A stretch of DNA of 64,000 nucleotides from an uncultured bacterium (GTDB lineage: Bacteria > Deinococcota > Deinococci > Deinococcales > Trueperaceae): positions 1 through 64,000 of the forward strand of contig CAZBZU010000012.1 of assembly GCA_964496495.1 (NCBI GenBank), given 5' to 3'. Below, piece by piece: positions 17,067 through 28,830 of the stretch. Below the pieces are notes generated by a model. It was given only the letters and a program-made list of their open reading frames with translations, searched no databases and had not been told where the DNA came from. A program made the translations under genes and the position numbers. Position 1 is the stretch's first letter. Every line of letters begins with the position of its first letter.

Positions 17067-18236
17067 TCAGCCGGACCGGCCGCGGCCGCCCCGCAGCTCC
17101 TCCAGCGAATAGCGTGTCCCTCGCCACTCGACCTCGCCGCTGATCAGGGCCGCCGCCGTCGAGCGCGCCAGCGCCAGCGCGAGCAGCGCGGTCCCGAGCG
17201 GATGCAGCACGAACAGCCACGGCGCCTGCCGCGAGCGTGGCGCGTCGTAGGCGTAGACGAACGCCACCGTCGCCACCGTCAGCAGGTAGAGCCAGCGTGC
17301 CGGGCCGCTGACGACGACGGCGGCCACGAACGGCATGACGTTGGTCAGCAGCAGCAGCGTCACCACGGCCGCCGTGCGCCATACCGAGTAGTCCATGCCG
17401 GCGAAGGCGTTCTTCTCCAGCCCCTTCACGGCCGCGCGCACGTCGGGGTACCACTCCACCGCCACCAGGTCGCCGCCGAACACCGCCTCCTGGGCGAAGC
17501 CGAGCCACTTGAGACGCCGCCCGAGGCTGAGGTCGTCGTCGGGTCGCAGGCGGATGGCCCGGTGGCCGCCGACGGCCTCGTAGGCGCCTCGTCGCACCAG
17601 GCCGAAGGCGCCTATGCCGATGGCGGCGCGACTCGTGGCCTCGGGCGCGCGCCAGGGCCTGGTGTGGACCGCGAACAGCAGCGCGAACGCCGCGACGAAG
17701 CTGCGCAGCAACGGTGTCCGGGCCTGCAGCCTGGGAAGCGCCACCAGGTGGTCGAGCCCACGTCGCCGAGCGTAAGCGAGCGCCCGCGCCAGCGCCCCCG
17801 GCGTGAAGCGCACGTCGGCGTCGGTGAACAGCAACCAGCTCCCGGCTGCAGCGTCCGCCCCGACCTGCAGCGCGTGCGTCTTGCCCAGCCAGCCCGGCGG
17901 CAGCTCGGTCACCCTCACCAGCCGCACGCGCGCGTCGCGGGCCGCCGCAGCGGCCGCGACGGCGGCGGTGCCGTCGTGCGAGCGGTCGTCGACCACCACC
18001 ACTTCCAGCCCGGGCAGCTGCTGCGAGCCGAGCATCGCCAGCGTCGGGCCCAGGGTCGCCGCCTCATCCCGGGCCGCGATCACGACCGACAGCCGCGGCG
18101 CGTCGGCCGCGCCGCCCACGTCCCCCTCCGGCGAGTCCGCCAGGTCGGCCATGCGGCGCACCCCCAGCGCCCAGTCGAGCGTCAACACCCACCACAGCAG
18201 CAGCGTCAGGGAGGCCAGCACGACGAGCATCGCCAT
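17067..18236 (-). CDS. Family 2 glycosyltransferase (membrane-anchored, HpnB/DPM-like)
   Basis: 389 aa from ATG 18236 (aa 18 of track ORF). GT-A fold motifs: LSVVIAARDEAATL, DDRSHDG (DxD region), LFTDADV. C-terminal TM helices. Confidence 0.8.
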   Translation of the reverse strand: MAMLVVLASLTLLLWWVLTLDWALGVRRMADLADSPEGDVGGAADAPRLSVVIAARDEAATLGPTLAMLGSQQLPGLEVVVVDDRSHDGTAAVAAAAAARDARVRLVRVTELPPGWLGKTHALQVGADAAAGSWLLFTDADVRFTPGALARALAYARRRGLDHLVALPRLQARTPLLRSFVAAFALLFAVHTRPWRAPEATSRAAIGIGAFGLVRRGAYEAVGGHRAIRLRPDDDLSLGRRLKWLGFAQEAVFGGDLVAVEWYPDVRAAVKGLEKNAFAGMDYSVWRTAAVVTLLLLTNVMPFVAAVVVSGPARWLYLLTVATVAFVYAYDAPRSRQAPWLFVLHPLGTALLALALARSTAAALISGEVEWRGTRYSLEELRGGRGRSG

Positions 18237-18282
18237 CACGCTATCGCGCCCGCCGCGCCGGCCGGCGCAGCTACGGCACGGG

Positions 18283-18288
18283 TACAAT
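18283..18288 (+). promoter_or_regulatory. -10 box TACAAT 7 nt upstream of truB GTG (leaderless)
   Basis: gggTACAATcgggcccGTG. Confidence 0.4.
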
Positions 18289-18295
18289 CGGGCCC

Positions 18296-19246
18296 GTGCC
18301 GATCCTGCCGGTGGACAAGCCGCTGGGGCTCAGCTCGCACGCGGCGGTCGTCGACGCCCGCCGCCGTCTGGGCAGGCGCCGCGTGGGCCATGCGGGCACC
18401 CTGGATCCCCTCGCGACCGGGGTGCTGGTGCTGCTGGTAGGTGGCGCCACCAAGCTCTCGCCCTTCCTCACCAGCAGCGACAAGGGCTACCTGGCGTGGG
18501 TGGCCTTCGGCGCCGGCACCGCCACGCTCGACGCGGAGGGTCCGGTGACGAGCGAGGCGGATGCCTCGTTTCTCGATGCCGCGCTGGTGGCTGCCGCGCT
18601 CCCGCCGTTCCTCGAGCTGCGGGAGCAGCGGCCACCGGCCTTCTCGGCCATCAAGCGGGAGGGGGAGCGGAGCTACCGGCGTGCGCGGCGGGGCGAGGAG
18701 GTGACGCTGCCGGCCCGCCCCGCGGGGTACCTCGAGCTCGAGCTGCTCGCCTTCGCGGCCGACCGCGAGGCGTTGCCGGCCCACGTCGCCCGCGACGAGG
18801 GCGGCGGCTGGCGGCCGGCCGCCAGCGGCTACCGCCCTGACCTCCCGCCGGCGCTGGCGCCGCTGCCCACCGGCCTGGTCCGGGCGCGGGTGCGCGCCGG
18901 CACCTACCTGCGGGCCTTCGCGCGCGATCTGGGCGCCGCGCTCGGCGTGCCGGCACACCTCTCCGGCCTGGTGCGAACCGACGCGGGGCGCATCGGCTTG
19001 GAACGCACCACCCCCCTGAGCGCCCTCGAGCGTGCCGCGGGCGTGGCGCCGGCCGACGCGCTGCCCTACCCCACCATCCGTCTCGAGGCCGACGCCGCGC
19101 GCCGGGTGCGGCTGGGCCAGCGGCCGCCAGGGCGCCTCGAGGGCCGTGTGGCACTGCTCGACCCCGACGGCCGCTTGGTGGCGGTGGCCGAGGCAGCCGG
19201 CGACCGTGTCTCACTGCTGCGGGTGTGGGCAGGCGACGACGACTGA
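18296..19246 (+). CDS. truB: tRNA pseudouridine(55) synthase
   Basis: 316 aa, GTG start. LPVDKPLGLSSHAAV ... GHAGTLDPLATGVLVLLVG (catalytic Asp in GTLDP). TACAAT -10 7 nt upstream (leaderless). Confidence 0.9.
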   Translation: MPILPVDKPLGLSSHAAVVDARRRLGRRRVGHAGTLDPLATGVLVLLVGGATKLSPFLTSSDKGYLAWVAFGAGTATLDAEGPVTSEADASFLDAALVAAALPPFLELREQRPPAFSAIKREGERSYRRARRGEEVTLPARPAGYLELELLAFAADREALPAHVARDEGGGWRPAASGYRPDLPPALAPLPTGLVRARVRAGTYLRAFARDLGAALGVPAHLSGLVRTDAGRIGLERTTPLSALERAAGVAPADALPYPTIRLEADAARRVRLGQRPPGRLEGRVALLDPDGRLVAVAEAAGDRVSLLRVWAGDDD

Positions 19247-19366
19247 GACGGCGGCCGACCGGCGCCGGCCGCGGCTCGACGGCGGCGGGACGGCGAGCCC
19301 TGCGGGCGGCCGACGGCGGTTTACATCGCCGGGCCCGACGTCCCGGCGCCGCGGCCAGGGGGGCGC

Positions 19367-19372
19367 TAGACT
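19367..19372 (+). promoter_or_regulatory. -10 box TAGACT upstream of ald (~50-nt leader with GGGAGA RBS)
   Basis: ggcgcTAGACTggtcggtg ... gggagaacaacATG. Confidence 0.35.
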
Positions 19373-19426
19373 GGTCGGTGCATCCCCATCGACGGGGGCC
19401 CGCATGCAGCGGGCAGGGAGAACAAC

Positions 19427-20557
<1,131 letters not shown>

Positions 20558-20762
20558 GTCCGGCGCTCGCCAGGCGCATCGGCGTCCTCGCTGGCCCGTC
20601 ATCTCGGTCTTTCGCTGCCGACGGTATCGGCACTCGTCCAGAGCCTGGTGACACGCGGTCCGGTCGACTGTGCGGTGACGGCGAGCGACCGCCGGCGTGG
20701 CGCTCCTCACCCGGGTCGCGTGCCAGCTCTACCCCCAGGTGGCCCAGTGACGTCCGAGCGCG

Positions 20763-21359
20763 TCAGCGCAGCCGTGCCAGCGCCCGGCGGATGAGCGCCT
20801 CGGCCCCGTCCTCGGGGTGGTCGGCCACCAGCTCGGCGACGGCCGCCTTCACCTGCGACTCGCGGTAGCCGAGCGCCACCAGCGCCTCGGCCGCGTCCTC
20901 GGCCGGCCCGGTGAGCAGCTTCCGCGGCGCCCGCTCCGCGCCGGGGCCCGCCAGCAGCTCCTCGGGAAGGCGGTTCTTGAGCTCCAGGACGATGCGCTCG
21001 GCGGTGCGCCTGCCTACGCCTGGGGCACTGGTCAGCAGATCGGGGTCCTGCTCCAACACCGCCGTGGCGATGAGCGCGGGCGGCAACGCCGAGAGGATGG
21101 CGAGCGCCAGCTTCGGGCCCACCCCCCCGACCTCCAGCAGCCGCCGGAACAGCAGCAACAGGTCGCGGTGGTGAAAGCCGTAGAGCACCGGCGTCTCCTC
21201 GCGAACGGTCAGCTGGGTGTGCAGCACGGCGGTCTCGCCCACCTGACAGTGCGCCAGGGTGGAGGCGGGCGCCCAGGCCTCGACGCCCAGGCCACCGGCC
21301 TGGATCACCACGCTCGCCTCGCGCACCTCGCGCACCACCCCCTCCAGGAACGCGATCAC
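20763..21359 (-). CDS. ruvA: Holliday junction branch-migration complex subunit RuvA
   Basis: 198 aa. MIAFLEGVV... OB-fold N-terminus, two HhH motifs (GVGPKLALAIL, APGVGRRTAERIVLEL), C-terminal RuvB-interaction domain. No ruvB adjacent. Confidence 0.9.
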   Translation of the reverse strand: MIAFLEGVVREVREASVVIQAGGLGVEAWAPASTLAHCQVGETAVLHTQLTVREETPVLYGFHHRDLLLLFRRLLEVGGVGPKLALAILSALPPALIATAVLEQDPDLLTSAPGVGRRTAERIVLELKNRLPEELLAGPGAERAPRKLLTGPAEDAAEALVALGYRESQVKAAVAELVADHPEDGAEALIRRALARLR

Positions 21360-22144
21360 GGTTCCCCGAAGAGCGGCGCGAAGACGATGTCGTAGCTCAC
21401 GTCCGCCAGGCAGGAGCAGCCGGTCATACGCATGGCGTAGTGCAGCTCCGCCTCCAGGCTGGCCAGCGCCCGGTCGCTCTCAACGACCAGTGCCTCGGCG
21501 CCGACCGCCAGGTAGCGAAGCACATCGACCCCGTCGCGCACCGGGCCGCCCGAGACGATGAGCAACATGCCTGCCACCGCATCGATCACCTCGGGCAGGA
21601 CATCGATGACGGCGGGGCCGCCGAGGCGCGCGCCCGCCGTCGCCTGCAGCACCACGGCTTCCAGGCCCGCCTCGGCCACCACCTCGGCGTCCGAGGGGCC
21701 GCCCACGCCGAAGACCCACAGCGAGCAGTTTGCCGCCGCCCGCAGCTCCGCCAGATCCTCCCGGGTGCGGGGGCGCCAGGCGCCCCGTCCGAAGGGCGGA
21801 CTGTCCGCCAGCGGCGCCATGTCGAGCCCGATCGCGGCCACTCCGAGCTCGCTCAGCTGGCGCACCCGCGGCATCAGCTCCCCCATCTTGGCGGGCCTGA
21901 GCACCGCCAGCGCATCCGCGGGCAGGTGGTGCGCCGGATCGGCGAGGACCGCCTCGGCATCGACCACGGCAGGGACGCCCGCCCCGGGGGTGGCGTCCGG
22001 GCGGCGCCTGGGAAGCATCGGGGATGACAGCGACCGGCCCAGCAGGGTCGTGCCGGTGTCCACCTCGTGCACCTCGTGGAGCAACCTCGGGATCAGCTGA
22101 TAGCCGTCCAGGGCGGCTTCCTCGCTGCGGTTCATCCGGCCCAT
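21356..22144 (-). CDS. FMN-dependent alpha-hydroxy-acid dehydrogenase (LldD/glycolate oxidase)-like TIM-barrel protein, short and possibly non-catalytic
   Basis: 262 aa from ATG 22144. An alternative ATG lies at 22135. N-terminus matches FMN_dh (LIPRLLHEVHEVDTGTTLLGRSLSSPMLP). C-terminal GGPVRDGVDVLRYLAVGAEALVV matches the family. No SNHGGRQ active-site His block is apparent. Stop overlaps the ruvA start by 4 nt. Confidence 0.55.
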   Translation of the reverse strand: MGRMNRSEEAALDGYQLIPRLLHEVHEVDTGTTLLGRSLSSPMLPRRRPDATPGAGVPAVVDAEAVLADPAHHLPADALAVLRPAKMGELMPRVRQLSELGVAAIGLDMAPLADSPPFGRGAWRPRTREDLAELRAAANCSLWVFGVGGPSDAEVVAEAGLEAVVLQATAGARLGGPAVIDVLPEVIDAVAGMLLIVSGGPVRDGVDVLRYLAVGAEALVVESDRALASLEAELHYAMRMTGCSCLADVSYDIVFAPLFGEP

Positions 22145-22346
22145 GATAGCAGGCGGTCGCCCGCGGGCCGCCCCGGCGCAGGCCACCCGGGGCCGGCCGG
22201 CCCACCCTGCAGAACGGCACTCCAGCACGGCGCCCGAGCGCGTCACGCGTCCCTTGACATGCCCATGCCGCATGCTTAGACTCCCTCGACGGTGCCGCCC
22301 GGTCCGAACGAGGCCGCGGCGGCGCGGTCACCCCGGAAGGACCCAT

Positions 22347-23117
22347 GTGATCTCGACCAGCGGCATCAGCAAGGCGTTCGACGGAGTCCAGGCCGTGGAC
22401 GACCTCAGCTTCGACGTCGACGCTGGCGAGGTGTTCGGGCTGCTGGGGCCGAACGGGGCTGGCAAGACCACCACCCTGCGGATCCTGGCCACGCTGCTCG
22501 CCCCCGATGCCGGCAGCGCCCGCGTCGCGGGCTTCGACGTCGCCACCCAGGGCGAGAGCGTCCGGCGCGTCATCGGCGTGGTGAACGGCGGCATGGGCCT
22601 CTACGACCGCCTCACCGGCCGCGAGACGCTGCACTACTTCGGCCGCCTCTACGGCATGCGCCCCGCCGCCATCGATGCCCGCATCGAGGCGCTCGATGAG
22701 CTCCTGGAGCTCGGAGACATCCTGTCGCGCCGTGCCGGCGGCTTCTCGAGCGGCATGAAGCAGAAGGTCGTCATCGCTCGGGCCGTGCTGCACGATCCGC
22801 CGGTGATCTTCTTCGACGAGGCGACCAGCGGCCTGGACGTGGTGGCCCGGCGAGCGGTCCTCGACTTCGTGCGCCGCTACCCCGGCGACGGCCGTGCCGT
22901 CATCTACTCCACCCACGTCATGAGCGAGGTGGAGGAGCTCTGCGACCGCGCCTGCATCATCTATCGCGGCCGCAAGATCGCCGAGGACAGCATCGGCGGG
23001 CTGGTTCGGGAGACCGGGGCGACGACCCTGGAGGACGCCTTCTTCCGGCTGGTGGAGGGTAGCGGCCTGCGCACCGGAGCGGACGCCGCACCGCGCGCGA
23101 CGGAGCCGACGTCATGA
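22347..23117 (+). CDS. ABC transporter ATP-binding protein (NatA-like, ABC-2 type)
   Basis: 256 aa, GTG start with GGAAGG RBS. Walker A GPNGAGKTT, signature FSSGMKQK, Walker B VIFFDEATSGLD. Confidence 0.9.
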   Translation: MISTSGISKAFDGVQAVDDLSFDVDAGEVFGLLGPNGAGKTTTLRILATLLAPDAGSARVAGFDVATQGESVRRVIGVVNGGMGLYDRLTGRETLHYFGRLYGMRPAAIDARIEALDELLELGDILSRRAGGFSSGMKQKVVIARAVLHDPPVIFFDEATSGLDVVARRAVLDFVRRYPGDGRAVIYSTHVMSEVEELCDRACIIYRGRKIAEDSIGGLVRETGATTLEDAFFRLVEGSGLRTGADAAPRATEPTS

Positions 23118-24340
23118 GGCCGGGCATGATCGGCCGGGTCGCCGCGAAGGAGATCCTCTCTACGCTCCGGGATCAACGGGCCATCATCTCGAACTTGCTG
23201 GTCCCCCTGATCGTGCTGCCGGTGGTGATGCTGGGCCTGCCGCTGCTGCTCGGCGGGCTCTTCCAGCGCGAGCAGAGCACGGTCACCAGCGTCGGCGTCC
23301 AGGGGCGGGCCAACCTTCCGCCCGAGCTGGCGACGCTGCTGACCAAGCAGAATGTCACCCTGACGCCCGTGAGCGACCCGGAGTCGGCCGTGCGCGACGG
23401 CAGCGTGCCCGTGGCGGTGCGCGTGCCCGCCGGCTTCGCCGCCAGTGTGGCGGCCGGCGGCGGCGCGGACCTGACGATCTACAGCAAGCAGGGCAACATG
23501 AAGAGCGAGCTCAACGCCACCAAGGTGCAGCAAGCCGTCCAGGCGTATAGCCAGCAGCTGGTCGCCGCCAGGCTGAAGGCGGCCGGCCTCGACCCCGCCA
23601 TCCTCCGGCCGGTCACGGTCACCAGCGTGGACGCCAGCTCGGCGGCCGAGAAACGCAGCGGCCAGCTCTCCTGGCTCATCCCGTTCTTCATCGCCATCTG
23701 GACGCTCACCGGCGGCCAGATGACCGCCATCGACGCGACGGCCGGCGAGAAGGAGCGCGGCACGCTGGAGGCGCTGCTGGTGACGCCCGTGCGCCGCACC
23801 GAGGTGGTGATCGGCAAGTTCCTGGCGACCGTCACCTTCGGCCTCAGCGCAGCGGTGATGGCGATCGCCGGCTATGTGGTCGGGGGCGCCGTGGTGCGGT
23901 CGGTCTTCCAACCCCACCTCGGCGGGCAAGCGGCCGACATCGTGCAGGTGATGGGCGGAGCGCTCGACATCTCGCCGCCGTCGGTGCTCCTGCTGCTGAT
24001 GAGCGCGCTGCTGCTCGCCGGCACCATCGCCGCGCTGCTGCTGGGCATCACCATGTTCGCGCGCTCGTTCAAGGAGGCACAGAGCTACGTGGCCCCGCTC
24101 TCCATGCTGCTGATCCTGCCGGCGGTCGGGCTGCAGTTCAAGGACCTGCTCGGGTTCGGCAGCGGCATCTACATGGTCCCGGTGTTCAACGCCCTGGTGC
24201 TGATGGACGACATCGTCAAGGGCACGGTGCAGCTCGGCGCGGTCCTCACGACCTGGCTGACGCTCGTGGTGGTGATCGCCCTGCTGCTGGTGTTCGCCTA
24301 CCGGAACTTCCAGCGCGAGGGCGTCATCTTCCGGACCTGA
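23114..24340 (+). CDS. ABC-2 family transporter permease (NatB-like)
   Basis: 408 aa. 4-nt overlap with the ATPase gene. N-terminal TM helix, large extracytoplasmic loop, then 5 TM helices, the typical NatB topology. Confidence 0.8.
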   Translation: MRPGMIGRVAAKEILSTLRDQRAIISNLLVPLIVLPVVMLGLPLLLGGLFQREQSTVTSVGVQGRANLPPELATLLTKQNVTLTPVSDPESAVRDGSVPVAVRVPAGFAASVAAGGGADLTIYSKQGNMKSELNATKVQQAVQAYSQQLVAARLKAAGLDPAILRPVTVTSVDASSAAEKRSGQLSWLIPFFIAIWTLTGGQMTAIDATAGEKERGTLEALLVTPVRRTEVVIGKFLATVTFGLSAAVMAIAGYVVGGAVVRSVFQPHLGGQAADIVQVMGGALDISPPSVLLLLMSALLLAGTIAALLLGITMFARSFKEAQSYVAPLSMLLILPAVGLQFKDLLGFGSGIYMVPVFNALVLMDDIVKGTVQLGAVLTTWLTLVVVIALLLVFAYRNFQREGVIFRT

Positions 24341-24395
24341 GCCTGGCGCCGGCCCCGGCGCGTCGGCGGTGCCGGCGAGCCGCGGCGCGCCCCGG

Positions 24396-25940
24396 TCATC
24401 TCCCCGGCAGGGTCGACTGCCGGTAGGGGGTGTCCACCGCCGGGCCGGCAGGCAGGCGCCCGTACACGCGCGCCATATCCTGCAGCGCGGGCGCCAGCCA
24501 GTCCGGCAGATCCTCCCATGCGAAGCGCCACGCCCAGTTTCCGGACGCGCGGCCGGGGGTGTTCATGCGCGCCTCGCTGCCGAGACCGAGCACGTCCTGC
24601 AGCGGTGCGATGGCCAGGTCGGCGACCGATGCCTGCGCCAGCCGCACGAACTCCCAGGGCAGGTTGGCGTCGTCGCGCGCCAGGTAGCGGCGCACGACGT
24701 CGCGCTCGGCGTCCGGTGCCTGCGCGTACCAGCCGGCCGTGGTGTCGTTGTCGTGCGTGCCGGTGTAGGCCACGCAGTTGCGGGGGTAGTTGTGCGGCAG
24801 GTAGGGGTCCGAGGCGTCGCCGGCGAAGGCGAACTGCAGCACCTTCATGCCGGGCAAGCCGTTGGCGTCGCGCAGCGCCTCGACCTCGGGCGTGATGACG
24901 CCCAGGTCCTCGGCGATGACGGGCAGCTCGCCGAGCGCGCCGGACAGCGCATCGAAGAGCGGCTGCCCGGGTCCCCTCACCCAGCGACCCTCCACCGCCG
25001 TGGGCTCGCTGGCCGGGATCTCCCAGTACGCCTCGAAGCCACGGAAGTGGTCGACGCGGACGATGTCGAAGAAGTCCAGCGTGGACTGGAAGCGCTGGAT
25101 CCACCAGTCGAAGCCGCGCTCGGCCAGGCGCTCCCAGCGGTATAGCGGGTTGCCCCAACGCTGGCCGGTCACGCTGAAGTAATCGGGTGGCACGCCGGCG
25201 ACCACCGTCGGTCGCCCGGACGCGTCGAAGTGGAACAGCTCAGGGTGCGCCCAGGCATCGGCGGAGTCCAGCGACACGAAGATGGGGATGTCGCCGACGA
25301 TCCTCACTCCCTGCTCGCCGGCGTAGGCGCGCAGCGCCCCCCACTGCTGGTAGAACCAGTGCTGCCACAAAGCGTGCCGCACGATGGTCGGCGCCAGCTC
25401 CTTGCGAGCCCGCTCCAACGCCTCCGGCTGGCGGAGGCGCGCGCCTTCCTCCCAGTCGGTCCAGGCCGCCCCGTCGTGCGCCTCCTTGAGCGCCATGAAC
25501 AGGGTCAGGTCGTCCAGCCAGGCGCGCTCGCGCGCGCGGAAGGCGTCGAAGGCCTCGCGCTCGCCCGCGCCCGCGGACCGGTCGAAGCGCTCCGCGGCAC
25601 GGGTGAGGCGCTCCAGCTTCGCAGGGATGACCGCGCCGTAGTCCACCCGGCCGGGGTCGCGGTCGCCGGGACCCTCCAGCTCACCAGGCTCGAGCCACCC
25701 CTCGTCGGCCAGGTCCTGCAGGCTCAGCAGGTAGGGGTTCCCGGCGAAGGCGCTGAACGACTGGTAGGGGCTGTCCCCGTAGCCCGTCGGCCCCAGCGGC
25801 ATGACCTGCCAGGCGCGCTGCCCGGCGGACGCCAGGAGGTCGACCCAGGCGAAGGCGTGGCGGCCGAGCTCGCCGATGCCGCCGTCGCCGGGGAGGGAGG
25901 TGGGGTGCAGCAGGATGCCTGCGCTGCGGGAGAAGGGCAT
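24396..25940 (-). CDS. malQ: 4-alpha-glucanotransferase (amylomaltase)
   Basis: 514 aa. MPFSRSAGILLHPTSLPGDGGIGELG... GH77 signature throughout (e.g. GDIPIFVSLDSADAWA, TGTHDNDT). Confidence 0.9.
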   Translation of the reverse strand: MPFSRSAGILLHPTSLPGDGGIGELGRHAFAWVDLLASAGQRAWQVMPLGPTGYGDSPYQSFSAFAGNPYLLSLQDLADEGWLEPGELEGPGDRDPGRVDYGAVIPAKLERLTRAAERFDRSAGAGEREAFDAFRARERAWLDDLTLFMALKEAHDGAAWTDWEEGARLRQPEALERARKELAPTIVRHALWQHWFYQQWGALRAYAGEQGVRIVGDIPIFVSLDSADAWAHPELFHFDASGRPTVVAGVPPDYFSVTGQRWGNPLYRWERLAERGFDWWIQRFQSTLDFFDIVRVDHFRGFEAYWEIPASEPTAVEGRWVRGPGQPLFDALSGALGELPVIAEDLGVITPEVEALRDANGLPGMKVLQFAFAGDASDPYLPHNYPRNCVAYTGTHDNDTTAGWYAQAPDAERDVVRRYLARDDANLPWEFVRLAQASVADLAIAPLQDVLGLGSEARMNTPGRASGNWAWRFAWEDLPDWLAPALQDMARVYGRLPAGPAVDTPYRQSTLPGR

Positions 25941-25970
25941 TCGCGACCTCCAGGGGAAGGTGAGGAGCGC

Positions 25971-26795
25971 TCAGGGGGCAGGGTCGGCGCCGTCGACGAG
26001 GCTCGCGAGCGCCTCCAGCGCCTCCCCGGCGGTGGCGTAGCGGGCCGCGGGATCCTTCGCCAGCAGCCGCGCCAGCAGCGGGTCGAAGGGCGCCAGCGCG
26101 GGGTCGAGCTGTGACACCGCCGGCGGGCGCTCGCGGGTGTGCGCCGCCATCACCTCGCCGACGCTGCCGGTGAACGGCAGCTCACCGGTCAGCCCCCAGA
26201 ACAGCATGACCCCCACCGCGTACAGGTCGCTCGCGGGCGTCACGGCCCCGCCGCGCGCCTGCTCCGGGCTGAGGTAGGCGATGGTGCCCGCCAGGGTGGC
26301 GCGCGGCACCGGCTCGTTCACCCGCACCGCCAGGTCGAAGTCCAGCAGTCGGCCATGCCCGTTCCTGTCCACCAGGATGTTCTCGGGCTTCACGTCGCGG
26401 TGGATCACCCCGCCCTGGTGCAGGCAGCGGATGCCGTCGAGCACGCCGAGCATCGTGCGGAGGAAGGGCGTGCGGCCGGGGGCGTCCGCCAGCCACCGGC
26501 CGAGCCGTACGCCCGGCGCCAGCGGCATCAGCACGCCGGGGTAGCCGTCGACCTCGACGGCGGCGTCCACCGGGTTGAGGTGTGGGTGATCGAGCTCGCC
26601 ACCGATCGCCAGCTCGCGCTCGGCGCGCGGCCTGTGGCTGGGCGGGAACAGCTTGGCGGCCTTCACGCGCTGACCATCGCTCACCAGGTAGACGCGCGCC
26701 ACCGCTCCCTTGCCGATCTCCCGTAGGATCTGGAGACCCTCTCCGAACCGCGTCCCGATCACGTTCACGTCCGTCCAGGATAGCGCGTAGGCCAC
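25971..26795 (-). CDS. Ser/Thr protein kinase, stand-alone catalytic domain
   Basis: 274 aa. Gly-loop IGKGAVARVYL, Lys in AAKL, catalytic loop HRDVKPENIL, DFD (DFG-like), SPE (APE-like). No other domains. 34 nt downstream of DUF58 on the same strand. Confidence 0.8.
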   Translation of the reverse strand: MAYALSWTDVNVIGTRFGEGLQILREIGKGAVARVYLVSDGQRVKAAKLFPPSHRPRAERELAIGGELDHPHLNPVDAAVEVDGYPGVLMPLAPGVRLGRWLADAPGRTPFLRTMLGVLDGIRCLHQGGVIHRDVKPENILVDRNGHGRLLDFDLAVRVNEPVPRATLAGTIAYLSPEQARGGAVTPASDLYAVGVMLFWGLTGELPFTGSVGEVMAAHTRERPPAVSQLDPALAPFDPLLARLLAKDPAARYATAGEALEALASLVDGADPAP

Positions 26796-26829
26796 CGCCC
26801 TCGCTGCGATGCTTCCGACTCGACGTCGC

Positions 26830-27702
26830 TCAACGGCGGACCAGCACGCCCTCGCGCACCAGCGAGGCGAACGCCTGACGTTCCAGCTCCGCTTCGGAGA
26901 CGCCCTCGCGCACCCGCATCAGCACGTGGCGGAAGCCTGCCCGTATGGCCGCGGCGCGGGTGCGGCGTACGAAGGCGTGCACCTCCTCACGGTAGGCGCG
27001 CACCTCCTGGGGGCCGGCGAGGAGGCGTTCGCCCGTCTCCACGTCCACCAGCTCGAGCTGCCCCTCCTGCGGCTCGAGGTCCGCCTCGCTCATCACCTGC
27101 AGCAGCCCGGCGTCCAGGCCGCGCGCGCGCAGCGCGGCCAGCGCCCCTTGGAGCGGGGCGTCCTCCAGCAGGTCGGAGACCACCAGCGCAAGCGCCGCCC
27201 CCCTCACCGGCGGAAGCGTCAGGGCGAAGCGCTTGAGCGCCGTGACCGGCGCGTAGGCGTCGCCCTCGAGGGAGCCCGCCTCCTCCACGAAGCGCCAGCT
27301 CTCCCCCACCGCCGCCAGCCCTTGTGTCGGCCGGTTCCCGCTGCCGTCGAAGAGGTGGAGCTGCGTGGGCGCGTCGCGCTGCGCCACGTACACCAGCAGC
27401 TCCGCGACCGCGCGCGCGAATCTGGCCTTGCCGCCCAGCTCCATGCTGGCGCTGGTGTCGAGCAGCACGTGCAGCCGGATCGCCCGCTCGGCCTGGTAGA
27501 GGCGCGTCACCAGGCGGCCGGTGCGGGCGTACACCCGCCAATCCACGTAGCGCAGCTCGTCCCCGAACTGGTAGGGGCGGAAGTCGTGGAACTCGACGCT
27601 CTGCCCCGGCTCGCTCGCCATCCGCTCGCCGGACTCACGGCTCAGCGCGCGAGAGGCCAGCGCGTAGCGTTCGAGCAGTGCACGGCTGCGGGCGCTGATC
27701 AT
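26830..27702 (-). CDS. DUF58 domain protein (vWA-like, MoxR partner)
   Basis: 290 aa. Conserved DUF58 block DFRPYQFGDELRYVDWRVYARTGRLVTRLYQAE...LLDTSASM (MIDAS-like DxSxS). 27 nt downstream of MoxR. Confidence 0.8.
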   Translation of the reverse strand: MISARSRALLERYALASRALSRESGERMASEPGQSVEFHDFRPYQFGDELRYVDWRVYARTGRLVTRLYQAERAIRLHVLLDTSASMELGGKARFARAVAELLVYVAQRDAPTQLHLFDGSGNRPTQGLAAVGESWRFVEEAGSLEGDAYAPVTALKRFALTLPPVRGAALALVVSDLLEDAPLQGALAALRARGLDAGLLQVMSEADLEPQEGQLELVDVETGERLLAGPQEVRAYREEVHAFVRRTRAAAIRAGFRHVLMRVREGVSEAELERQAFASLVREGVLVRR

Positions 27703-27729
27703 GAGCCTCGTCGGACCCGCGGCCGGCGC

Positions 27730-28710
<981 letters not shown>

Positions 28711-28830
28711 GCGTGCCTCCGTCTCCCGTCCGTTTCCGACGCTCAGACTAGCAGCATCGGCGCGCCGCCGCCCGCCCCCGCGAGCAGCCCGAGCGTGCGG
28801 TCCCGCGCTTCCAGCCGGAGATGCCCGGAG

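Noticed and set aside
20558-20762. 205-bp ald/ruvA convergent spacer as a possible ncRNA (tmRNA, 6S etc.)
   Set aside because: No recognisable conserved ncRNA motifs or strong hairpins were seen by eye. It is left unannotated.
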